Below are positions 10,369 through 18,939 of a stretch of DNA of 64,000 nt, piece after piece. The DNA comes from Gammaproteobacteria bacterium TMED112. GTDB taxonomy: Bacteria > Pseudomonadota > Gammaproteobacteria > Magnimaribacterales > TMED112. The notes beneath the pieces were generated by a model. The model was not told the DNA's origin, searched no databases, and was given only the letters and a program-made list of their open reading frames with translations. The first letter of the stretch is position 1, and each line of letters opens with the position of its first letter. The position numbers and the translations under genes are program-made. The stretch covers positions 698 to 64,697 of the forward strand of contig NHFN02000013.1 of assembly GCA_002170245.2 (NCBI GenBank). Direction: 5' to 3'.

Positions 10369-11369
10369 GCATTAAAGAAGCACTCGCAGAAATAACTAAT
10401 TCAAACGATAAATTAAAATTTTATCTTGAGCATATATTGAGTGGTGAGGCTACTAATACTGAAATAACTGAAACATTAATTGCTCTTAATGAATATGGTA
10501 TTGATTACCATATTATGCATGCTCTGGCTTCAGTAATGAATTCCTATGCTGATAATTTAGAGCTGACGGATAAAGATTTCATTGATACTTGTGGAACTGG
10601 GGGTTCAAATTTAAAAATTTTTAATTGCTCAACAATTTCAGCATTTGTAGTAGCTTCATGTGGTGGCAAGGTTGTCAAACATGGTAATAAATCTATTACA
10701 TCCAAGTCAGGTAGTGCAGACTTTCTAGCCAGGGCCGGAGTAAATATTAATAATGATAGATCTAATGCAATAAGTGCATTCAAACAGTTCGGAATAACCT
10801 TTTTATTTGCACCAAACTACCACAAGAAACTTAAACATGTTGCAGCTCAAAGAAAAGCCTTAGGTGTTAGAACTGTTTTTAACGTTGTTGGCCCATTAGT
10901 CAATCCTGCTAATCCAAATTATCAAATAATTGGAACCTCGGACAACCAAATAAATGGGGCTGTAATTAATGTCTTAAAGAATAAAGGCTTATCAAGAGCC
11001 ATGGTTGTAACCTCAAATGATGGAATAGACGAATTATCAATAACTTCTAATGCTTCTGTGCATGAATTAAAACATAATGAAATTTCGTTCTATGAAATAA
11101 ATCCTGAAGACTACAATCTATCAAGGTGTGCAATAAAGGAAATTCAAGTCGAGACTTTAGAAGAAGCTTATTTATATGGAATAGAGATCTTAAACGGAAA
11201 AAGAGGTCCAGGATTTGATATGGTTGCCTTAAATGCTGGAGCTGCCTTATACATATCTAATAAGGTTGAATCACTGGAAGAGGGAGTAGAAAAAGCTAAA
11301 AGAGAATTGCATTCAGGTAGACCATTACTCTTGTTAAATAAATACGCTAAATTTACAAACCAACCATGA
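10365..11369 (+). CDS. trpD: anthranilate phosphoribosyltransferase
   Basis: DTCGTGGS and KHGNKSITSKSGSAD motifs. Confidence 0.9.
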   Translation: MSIKEALAEITNSNDKLKFYLEHILSGEATNTEITETLIALNEYGIDYHIMHALASVMNSYADNLELTDKDFIDTCGTGGSNLKIFNCSTISAFVVASCGGKVVKHGNKSITSKSGSADFLARAGVNINNDRSNAISAFKQFGITFLFAPNYHKKLKHVAAQRKALGVRTVFNVVGPLVNPANPNYQIIGTSDNQINGAVINVLKNKGLSRAMVVTSNDGIDELSITSNASVHELKHNEISFYEINPEDYNLSRCAIKEIQVETLEEAYLYGIEILNGKRGPGFDMVALNAGAALYISNKVESLEEGVEKAKRELHSGRPLLLLNKYAKFTNQP

Positions 11370-12124
11370 CTACTTTAGAAAAAATAATTCAAGCAAAACA
11401 TCGCAGGATAGGCATTCAAAAACTTTCCAATTCCTTTACTGATCATTACATAAACAACGATTCTAATGTAGCAGGACCTAAATTTTTTGATTCCCTTATT
11501 AAATCTAAAAATGAATATAAAATCATTGCTGAAATGAAGAAAGCATCACCTTCAGCTGGTCTAATTGTTGAGGATTATAAACCTGATTTGATAGCACAAG
11601 AGTATGAAAAAAAAGGGTATACAAATTTATCTATACTAACTGAAGAAGATCATTTTCATGGTTTGCTATCTCACATTACCAAAGTAAAGAGGATATCTCA
11701 GTTACCGGTATTGCAAAAAGATTTTATTGTCGATGAATGGCAGATCTATCAAGCGAAAACTATAGGCGCAGATTGCATATTATTAATAGCAGAAGCTCTA
11801 ACTAAAGAAGAAATAGATTCATTTATACATACTGCAAAAACTTTACAGCTTGATGTGCTATTGGAGTTTCATGCTGAAGAGGAAATACCAAAAATATTGG
11901 ATACTAATCTTCAATACATAGGCATTAATAACAGAAACCTTCATACCCTTGAGACGGATGTCAATCATACACTACGAATTAGAGATAAATATCATAAAGA
12001 ACTTGAAAGATTTAAGATTGTAGCTGAATCAGGTTTTAAAACAAAAACTGAACTTGATAAGTACAAATCGAATGAAATTGATTTATTCTTAATAGGAGAA
12101 AGTTTACTAAAGGAAAAATTATGA
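11366..12124 (+). CDS. trpC: indole-3-glycerol-phosphate synthase
   Basis: IAEMKKASPS, an ILTEEDHF segment, DFIVDEWQIYQA, and GINNRNL. Confidence 0.9.
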   Translation: MTTLEKIIQAKHRRIGIQKLSNSFTDHYINNDSNVAGPKFFDSLIKSKNEYKIIAEMKKASPSAGLIVEDYKPDLIAQEYEKKGYTNLSILTEEDHFHGLLSHITKVKRISQLPVLQKDFIVDEWQIYQAKTIGADCILLIAEALTKEEIDSFIHTAKTLQLDVLLEFHAEEEIPKILDTNLQYIGINNRNLHTLETDVNHTLRIRDKYHKELERFKIVAESGFKTKTELDKYKSNEIDLFLIGESLLKEKL

Positions 12125-12510
12125 AAAAAATATTAATAATTGTATTTATTGTCAGTAATCTACTAGCTGAACCAAGAGTCTATTTTATTGAACCAAAAAA
12201 TAATCAAATTCTTACAGAAAGAGCAGTGACTGTTAAATTTGGTCTCGAAGATTTCGGTGTTGCACCTGCCGGGTATAACATCCCAAACACAGGACATCAT
12301 CACCTATTAATCGATTCTTTTTTGCCTGAAGATTTAACTAAACCTATACCAGCCGACGAATACCATCTTCATTTTGGTTTAGGTCAAACTGAGACAGTTA
12401 TTTATCTAGAACCAGGTGAACATTCTTTAAGGTTAGTTCTAGGTAATTATTTGCATATCCCTCATGAAGAGCCAATTTACTCAGAGGAAATTACCGTAAT
12501 TGTTTTATAA
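12121..12510 (+). CDS. secreted DUF4399-like protein
   Basis: Signal peptide and a GHHHLLID motif. The start overlaps the trpC stop (ATGA). Confidence 0.55.
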   Translation: MKKILIIVFIVSNLLAEPRVYFIEPKNNQILTERAVTVKFGLEDFGVAPAGYNIPNTGHHHLLIDSFLPEDLTKPIPADEYHLHFGLGQTETVIYLEPGEHSLRLVLGNYLHIPHEEPIYSEEITVIVL

Positions 12511-12537
12511 AAAAAAACCGCCCGAAGGCGGTTTTTT
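12511..12537. terminator. strong bidirectional intrinsic terminator
   Basis: Sequence is aaaaaaa-ACCGCC-cgaa-GGCGGT-tttttt. It sits between convergent genes. Confidence 0.85.
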
Positions 12538-12554
12538 AAACATTACTTAGTTAA

Positions 12555-14633
12555 TTATTCACCAGTAAACGTATGGCTTCCAACTGTTGCATAATCATGT
12601 GCATCCTGATCAGAAATTTTTGTAATTTCCCACCAGCAGTCGTCAGCGTTAGTTCCAGATGAAGTCGTCCATGAATCAGTTCCAGCCTTAGTGGCTTTTT
12701 TGATCATAACAGACTCTGAACTTGCTTGTGAATCTCCACATGCAGTCCAGTCTGAGCCTGGATCTCCTTGGTAATCTCCAAATACATCAACAACTGTTGC
12801 TGATTGTGAAGGAGAATCCGAAGCTGAAGCCTTTTTAAATAATTTATAAGCATCATCTCCATTATGAGAAATATTTGATTCGATTTGATCAATATTATTT
12901 CTCAGTGCATCAGGACCATCAGTTCCTTCTGCTCTACCAAGAACCCAAACATCACCGTTAGCAATAGTTGCTCCAGATGTGAATTCAATTGCAACTTCAT
13001 ATTCACCAACAACTGAAGGAGCATTACTCACTCTTCCCAAGAAATACTGGTCTAATGAAACATCTGCACCAGTGAAGTTTGCAACTTCAAGATACTTAGT
13101 CCAAGTTGACCCAACTTCTGAAGTTTCAGAAATAAATAAGTCATCAGCGGTTGCTGGTGTGACTTTTGAAACATTCATATTGTCGTAGTACATTCCAGTT
13201 GGGGCGTAATTAGTTGCTGTATTCTGAGCACCAAATTGAACTAGTTTTCCAACATCACCAGTAGCAAGAGTTGCGTTAATGATGTGAGAACTCCACTCTG
13301 ATGAGGATATACCAGTCATATCCAATGTTGTGAAAAGTTCAGTGGCATAGTTGTTACTTGGATTTAAGATCTTAATAAATGCCAAACAAGTACCTCCAGT
13401 AGCTCCATTATCTCCATTAGTACCTCCACATGCGTTAGCATCTGTCGCTGGTTTTTTAGCTAAAAATGTTGCTGTAATATCACCAACCATATCTTCTGTA
13501 ATCTCGAATTCTGCATACAGATTAGTTTCCATAATACCTTGTTGATGATGCGAATCATCGTAGTTACTATAAGAATTCAAGTAACCAGTACCATCGTCAT
13601 TATCGCTTCCTTCTTCTCCAGTTGCCCATGCACTTATTTGCGGGCCGTTTGGAGCAGGACTCACACTATAACCATTTTGATAATTGCCATCAGCATCATA
13701 TCTATTGATATAAGCTGTCCAAGGAGCTAGATTCTCTGAATCAGCACTGTAATCAGACATTGTCTCACTGAATAATGTGCCATCTTCTGGAGCAGGTGTC
13801 GGTGCTGGTGTAGGTGTATAAGCTGCAACTGCAACATCATCATAGAACATTGAAGTAGGAGCATAATTTCCTGCAGTACTCATAAACCCGGATTGATAAA
13901 CATGGCCTACCATTGCATCAGTAATTTCAAAGTCAAGATTCATAGTCTCGCCTGCTGCACCTTGTGTCTCTACACTATCAAAAAGTATTTGAGAATAATC
14001 AGATGAGTTAATTACTTTTACAAATGCTTTACAAACTCCTCCTGTAGCACCATTGTCAGAATTAGTGCCACCGCAATCATTGGTTGTTGCTGTAAAAGAC
14101 ATTCTGTAAGTACCAACCATATCAGTCGTTAGATATCCTTGATCGGCCCCAAGTTCACGGAAAACATTGGTTTCAACGATGCCTCCATTATGTGTTCCGT
14201 CATCATAATTACTGTAAACATTTAAACTATTTCCAGAATCAGTGATGTTGACTGCACTTATTTGTGGTCCCGCTATTGGAGCAGGTGTTACTGCATAACC
14301 ACCAGTATAATTACCGCTTCCATCAAATTGATTGACATATGCTGCCCAGTTCCAATCTGTAGAGAGTGAATCAGCATTGTACGATTCAAAATCATCAGAA
14401 TGCGCAACATCTGTGATGTTTGGCGCAGGTGTCGGCGCTGGTGTTGGCGCAGGTGTTGGCGCTGGCGTTGGCGCAGGTGTCGGCGCTGGCGTTGGCGCAG
14501 GTGTCGGCGCTGGCGTAGGCATAGGTGTTGGTGCTGGTGCCGCAGGAGTTTCGTTATAGTTACTTCTGTCAACGCCATCACTACACGCAGCTAAAAATGC
14601 TAACGTAAGAAATGTTGTGAGTTTTTTAAACAT
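12555..14633 (-). CDS. large surface or secreted lipoprotein: Pro-Thr linker, two duplicated domains of about 200 aa, and a C-terminal lamin-tail-like domain
   Basis: Lipobox LAACS, then (APTP) x about 10. Two paralogous segments are visible: DFESYNADS...[23 protein letters not shown] and MSDYSADS...[23 protein letters not shown]. The C-terminal YLEVANFTG...GDVWVLG region resembles an LTD. Confidence 0.7.
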   Translation of the reverse strand: MFKKLTTFLTLAFLAACSDGVDRSNYNETPAAPAPTPMPTPAPTPAPTPAPTPAPTPAPTPAPTPAPTPAPNITDVAHSDDFESYNADSLSTDWNWAAYVNQFDGSGNYTGGYAVTPAPIAGPQISAVNITDSGNSLNVYSNYDDGTHNGGIVETNVFRELGADQGYLTTDMVGTYRMSFTATTNDCGGTNSDNGATGGVCKAFVKVINSSDYSQILFDSVETQGAAGETMNLDFEITDAMVGHVYQSGFMSTAGNYAPTSMFYDDVAVAAYTPTPAPTPAPEDGTLFSETMSDYSADSENLAPWTAYINRYDADGNYQNGYSVSPAPNGPQISAWATGEEGSDNDDGTGYLNSYSNYDDSHHQQGIMETNLYAEFEITEDMVGDITATFLAKKPATDANACGGTNGDNGATGGTCLAFIKILNPSNNYATELFTTLDMTGISSSEWSSHIINATLATGDVGKLVQFGAQNTATNYAPTGMYYDNMNVSKVTPATADDLFISETSEVGSTWTKYLEVANFTGADVSLDQYFLGRVSNAPSVVGEYEVAIEFTSGATIANGDVWVLGRAEGTDGPDALRNNIDQIESNISHNGDDAYKLFKKASASDSPSQSATVVDVFGDYQGDPGSDWTACGDSQASSESVMIKKATKAGTDSWTTSSGTNADDCWWEITKISDQDAHDYATVGSHTFTGE
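14421..14549 (-). repeat. coding tandem repeat (12-bp unit) that encodes the (APTP)n linker
   Basis: ggcgctggygttggcgcaggtgty units are visible. It generates spurious ORFs in other frames. Confidence 0.9.
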
Positions 14634-14724
14634 GTTAAGTTATCCCCAATATTAATTCGAACTTCAAATATGTCACATATTTAGAGATTTTTAAAGTCTA
14701 ATTTTGAAGATTTAAGCCTTGATT

Positions 14725-15906
14725 TTATTTCTTAATTTTTGATGAATCAGTTTCATCTCTATGTTTTTTTAGATACTTCATAAAAGGTGTCCCACCAGTA
14801 CCTCTTACTTTAGAACCACCACTGCCAAATAAAGTACTCTTAGTGCTTTGATTATGAATATAATCAGCTGCATATCTTAAATGCTGTGATCTAAATATTG
14901 AGATCTCCTCACAGCACTCATCGTATAAACACATAAGGGCTTTATCTTCTGAAACCTCATCCTTTACTTTGCTAAAATCTTCAACGTATTTAATTAAAGC
15001 TCTATGAGATGGCGGCATATATGATTTCATTTCATCAAGATACTCCCTTAGTTCATCCCTTTCATGCTTAACATTAAGCAATGCATCAAGCGTTGGGACT
15101 ATAGAGCTCTGAGCTCCAGTTTCACCTCTGTATAATTGTGGTTCATCACCAAAACAGTCTTCGTATATAAGACCATTCGGAAGGGCAGGGTTATTTTTCC
15201 AACCGAATATGTAGGGACGAACCCTATGGTAGTAAATGTAAGGATCACATTTTTCAGGCATTTTACGAAATATATGATTTACCTCTATCATAGATTCTTT
15301 AATAGTAGTCAGTTCTTTTTTGAGAAAATCTGTATCGCATGCTTTATTTTCATATTTCTTAGAAATGTTAAATGCACTACAAATAGCACGATTGGCTGCA
15401 TGCTCTATACAAACATGAATAGTTACAAACCAATCTTCGTCAATGCCTCCTAAAAAATTGTAATTCAAGGCAACATTATCTAAGTTTACGCCTTCTTCTT
15501 GATTTATTTTGTGCCAATTATCTAAACAGTAACTTGCATAACTTAAAATAGCTGGCCTGCCTAACATTTCAGAAATTTTCGACCATGGTTTTGCTAGTGC
15601 CTTACATAAAATTTTTGATGGCGCTAGATCGCCCCAGACATAGGCGTGCGCTAAAAAAGAAAATTGCACATTTAGTAACCTCAGTTCTTCTTCAGAATAT
15701 TTTAAAAAATCTTGTGTAAAAAAAGAATCAGGCAAGCTATCTATTTGCTTTCTTATCTTATTAGTGAGTAAGAGTTTGGGAATAGAGCAGGCTAAATCCT
15801 CTAAAATTTGTTCATCTTTATTTTTATTTTTCAGATACCTTAAAGGCGGATTTGACCCTATAAAGCCCTGAACATTATTTATATCAAGTGAAAGATTTGA
15901 TTGCAT
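14725..15906 (-). CDS. indoleamine 2,3-dioxygenase (IDO) family haem dioxygenase
   Basis: RGETGAQSS compares with eukaryotic IDO GGSAGQSS. C-terminal GTGGTPFMKYLKKHRDET compares with GTGGTDLMNFLKTVR. Length of 393 aa fits the family. Confidence 0.75.
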   Translation of the reverse strand: MQSNLSLDINNVQGFIGSNPPLRYLKNKNKDEQILEDLACSIPKLLLTNKIRKQIDSLPDSFFTQDFLKYSEEELRLLNVQFSFLAHAYVWGDLAPSKILCKALAKPWSKISEMLGRPAILSYASYCLDNWHKINQEEGVNLDNVALNYNFLGGIDEDWFVTIHVCIEHAANRAICSAFNISKKYENKACDTDFLKKELTTIKESMIEVNHIFRKMPEKCDPYIYYHRVRPYIFGWKNNPALPNGLIYEDCFGDEPQLYRGETGAQSSIVPTLDALLNVKHERDELREYLDEMKSYMPPSHRALIKYVEDFSKVKDEVSEDKALMCLYDECCEEISIFRSQHLRYAADYIHNQSTKSTLFGSGGSKVRGTGGTPFMKYLKKHRDETDSSKIKK

Positions 15907-15960
15907 TCTTGTATTTTATAGTACTGAATATTTATTTCATCTACTATTCAATCATATTTA

Positions 15961-15983
15961 GATGAGAATAATTCTCATTTATC
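15961..15983. promoter_or_regulatory. Fur-box-like palindrome
   Basis: ATGAGAAT-A-ATTCTCAT is a perfect 8-1-8 palindrome at 15962-15978. It matches GATAATGATAATCATTATC at 12/19 positions. Confidence 0.5.
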
Positions 15984-16042
15984 TTTAGCAATTACTTGTA
16001 TTTTTAAAATACCTTTCTATAATTCTTTTCTATTATTTCTAA

Positions 16043-16070
16043 ATGAGAATCATTATCATTACGATAATGA
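16043..16070. promoter_or_regulatory. Fur-box-like site(s) just upstream of the TonB-dependent receptor
   Basis: gagaatcattatcattacg (16045-16063) matches the 19-bp Fur consensus at 14/19 positions. An adjacent GATAATGA hexamer repeat is present. The site lies 22-49 nt before the ATG. Confidence 0.6.
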
Positions 16071-16091
16071 CTCTTAATTACAAGCATAAAT

Positions 16092-18161
16092 ATGAAATAT
16101 ATAATTAATTTAATGTTCCTCATGTCTGCACTTGGTTTTGCACAATCAGCAGATGTTAATAAAGAAGGAAATGAAATCGAAGAAGTAGTAGTTAAAGGCA
16201 ATGTTTTGTACTCAGACCAAGTCAATGCTTTGAAAACACCTGTACCTGTACTAGATGTACCACAAACAGTCTCTATTGTTACGGATGATGATATTCGAAA
16301 ACAAGGTTTTAGAGAAATTGGAGATATCGTTAGATATACACCAGGTGTAAATACATCACAAGGAGAAGGTCATAGGGATTCTGTTGTTTTTCGTGGCGTA
16401 AGATCTACAGCTGATTTCTTTCAAGATGGTGTTAGAGATGATGTTCAATACTACAGATCTTTATATAACGTTGAACAAGTAGAAATCTTGAGAGGACCAA
16501 ATGCACTTCTATTCGGTAGAGGTGGTACTGGTGGAATGATCAATAGAGTAACAAAAAAAGCAGTTATTGGTGAAAACTTTACAGCTCATGATGTTGGAGT
16601 TGACTCATTTGGAGCAGGAGATGTTGCACTAGACACAAATTTCCAATATGGAAGTGATGGCGCAATTAGAATTAATTTTCACAGTGATAGCTTAGCCAAT
16701 CACAGAGATCACTACGATGGAAATAGAGTTGGTTTCAATCCAACCATGACGCTTGAAGTTAGTCCAGAAACAACGGTTTATTTATCTTATGAATATGCAA
16801 ATCATGAACGATTCATTGATAGAGGTATTCCAACTATAAATGGAAGTCCAGATGAATCTTTATCAGATATAGTTTTTGGTAACTCATCAGCTAACTTGCA
16901 AACACTCGAAGCATCAATAATGAGAGCTCAAGTAGAACATGTATTATCAGATACCAGCAAAGCAAATTTAAGCTTTACTTCAAGCAGTTTCGAAAAGTTA
17001 TATCAAAATATTTACGCATCCGGGTATGATGGAACGCTCGTTACTATGGACGGTTACTACGATCCAACCAAACGAGATAACACAATAATTTCAGGAAATT
17101 TAGTCAATGAATTAAACCTTAATGACATTACACATACATTGTTAGTTGGTTTAGAATTTATTCAAACAGACAATGAAAATTTAAGGTACGATGCAAATTG
17201 GTCAACTACCAATGATGATAATGAAATATTCAATATCACAAGACCTATGGACTTTACAGTCAATAGTGGTGGTGTATCAACCGCACTTGATTATGTTACA
17301 AAACTCAATCGTCAAACCGCATCTGACATAACAGTTACATCATTATTTTTTCAAGATCAGATAGATTTAAGTGATAATTGGAAACTCTTAGTAGGTGGAA
17401 GATACGATGACTTTGATATCACAGTTGATGATATTAAAAATAGTACGTCTGAATCCAGAAACGACACTACTTTTTCACCTCGTGCCGGTGTTATCTACAA
17501 ACCACAAGAGAATATATCCTTATACTTAAGTTATAGCGAAAGTTTCTTGCCAAGATCAGGTGAGCAATTTAAGTCTCTAAGTGCATCTTCAGCTAGATTA
17601 GATCCTGATGTTTTTGAAAGTACTGAAGTAGGAATGAAGGTTGCATTATCAAATTCAATGTCTTTAACAGCGGCTTATTTTGATAGCCAACAAGTGAGAG
17701 CTGAAAGAGACAACGACACTGGTGAAACTTCAGAGATTCGTGGTTTGACCGTTGACGGTTTCGAAGTTGAGCTAAAAGGGCGAGTCAATAATGGTCTGAA
17801 CTTAGCAATTGCTTACAGTGATTTAAGTGGTGAAACAAGTTCTGGTGGAATTCCAAGAGAAATTCCAGAGCATACACTATCTGCATTTGCAGCCTTGGAA
17901 GTAAATGAAAAATTATCTGTAGCTTTAGGATTAACGCAACAAGGTGAATCTAAAATTAAAGATAATAACGCTGGCTTAGTACTACCAGAGTATACGAGAA
18001 TCGATGTTTCAGCTTATTACCAAGTGGCTCCAAATCTAAGTTTAAAAATGAATGTTGAAAACTTAATGGATGAATTATATTTTCCACATTCACACAGTAC
18101 TCACCAAGCTAGTGTTGGTGAAAGTGTAAACTCAAGAGTTTCACTAAGGTGGACTTACTAG
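16092..18161 (+). CDS. TonB-dependent outer-membrane receptor (siderophore or iron-complex type)
   Basis: Signal peptide. Plug domain with IEEVVVKG, a DVPQTVSIV segment and VEILRGPNALLFGRGGTGG. Long beta-barrel with a terminal aromatic residue. Confidence 0.9.
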   Translation: MKYIINLMFLMSALGFAQSADVNKEGNEIEEVVVKGNVLYSDQVNALKTPVPVLDVPQTVSIVTDDDIRKQGFREIGDIVRYTPGVNTSQGEGHRDSVVFRGVRSTADFFQDGVRDDVQYYRSLYNVEQVEILRGPNALLFGRGGTGGMINRVTKKAVIGENFTAHDVGVDSFGAGDVALDTNFQYGSDGAIRINFHSDSLANHRDHYDGNRVGFNPTMTLEVSPETTVYLSYEYANHERFIDRGIPTINGSPDESLSDIVFGNSSANLQTLEASIMRAQVEHVLSDTSKANLSFTSSSFEKLYQNIYASGYDGTLVTMDGYYDPTKRDNTIISGNLVNELNLNDITHTLLVGLEFIQTDNENLRYDANWSTTNDDNEIFNITRPMDFTVNSGGVSTALDYVTKLNRQTASDITVTSLFFQDQIDLSDNWKLLVGGRYDDFDITVDDIKNSTSESRNDTTFSPRAGVIYKPQENISLYLSYSESFLPRSGEQFKSLSASSARLDPDVFESTEVGMKVALSNSMSLTAAYFDSQQVRAERDNDTGETSEIRGLTVDGFEVELKGRVNNGLNLAIAYSDLSGETSSGGIPREIPEHTLSAFAALEVNEKLSVALGLTQQGESKIKDNNAGLVLPEYTRIDVSAYYQVAPNLSLKMNVENLMDELYFPHSHSTHQASVGESVNSRVSLRWTY

Positions 18162-18449
18162 CAGTCTATTTGAATCATGCTTGATGTGTGTTGCAATCTA
18201 CCAAGGTGAAAGCACACATCTAGTTGATTAAAAGTTTAGTGTAAGGCAAGGATAGTATATGGAACAAAGTTATCATATTCACCCTTGCAACTTTATGATA
18301 ATTGCGAAATTCTTTTGTCTTGCCTGCACTATTTTTTTAAGTGAAGTTGTACAGCGTTTATGAACACAATAGCCTAGACAATTTCACTTTTAGATGATTG
18401 CTTTCTGTTCATATTTTTACCTTTCTGAAGAAAGTTAATCATCAATTAA

Positions 18450-18476
18450 CCCCTTAGAAATAAGGGGTTTTTTTTA
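18450..18476 (+). terminator. intrinsic terminator
   Basis: CCCCTTagaaatAAGGGG followed by T9. Confidence 0.7.
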
Positions 18477-18501
18477 TTCAAAAAAATATTAGACTGATAT
18501 T

Positions 18502-18939
18502 ATGAAACTTTCTTTTCCGCCAGTAATTACATTAGCTTGTTTAGGGATGCAATTCATTTTGTATATGATGCTGCCTTTGGAAGTAAATTTAAGTTTACTT
18601 CTAGGCTTAATTCTGTTCATTTCATCAATAACATTAATTGTCATGGCTTTTAAAGAGCTTCAAAATCATGAAACTACATACATACCTGATGGTGAGCCAG
18701 AAAAGTTGGTAAGCACAGGTCCTTTTAAGTTCTCTAGGAACCCAATCTATCTTGGCATGTTTGGTATATTGATATCTTCAGCTTTTTTAATGCAGTCTAT
18801 TTCAGCATTACTCATACCTATTCTTTTTTTATCCATAATACAAAATACATGGATACCTCACGAAGAGGACAAACTTAAAGAAAAGTTTCCTACAGAATGG
18901 GAAGCTTATGCATCATCAACAAAAAGATGGTTACTCTAA
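18502..18939 (+). CDS. isoprenylcysteine carboxyl / phospholipid methyltransferase-family membrane protein
   Basis: 4-TM protein with FSRNPIYLG and a C-terminal EE..L...F motif typical of the ICMT/PEMT family. Confidence 0.65.
   Translation: MKLSFPPVITLACLGMQFILYMMLPLEVNLSLLLGLILFISSITLIVMAFKELQNHETTYIPDGEPEKLVSTGPFKFSRNPIYLGMFGILISSAFLMQSISALLIPILFLSIIQNTWIPHEEDKLKEKFPTEWEAYASSTKRWLL

Noticed and set aside
14288-14594. Three ORFs of 64-97 aa in other frames or on the other strand, with Arg/Gln/His-rich, Gly/Val/Ala-rich and Cys/Arg/Trp-rich repeats. A CRISPR-like periodic array was also considered.
   Set aside because: They are frame artefacts of the 12-bp coding repeat that encodes the (APTP)n linker of the lipoprotein. 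The period is far too short and there are no spacers, so this is not CRISPR.
16004-16225. 73-aa minus-strand ORF spanning the receptor promoter and start.
   Set aside because: - It overlaps the Fur-box region and the signal-peptide coding part of a well-supported receptor gene.
- Its composition is that of antisense or AT-rich noise.
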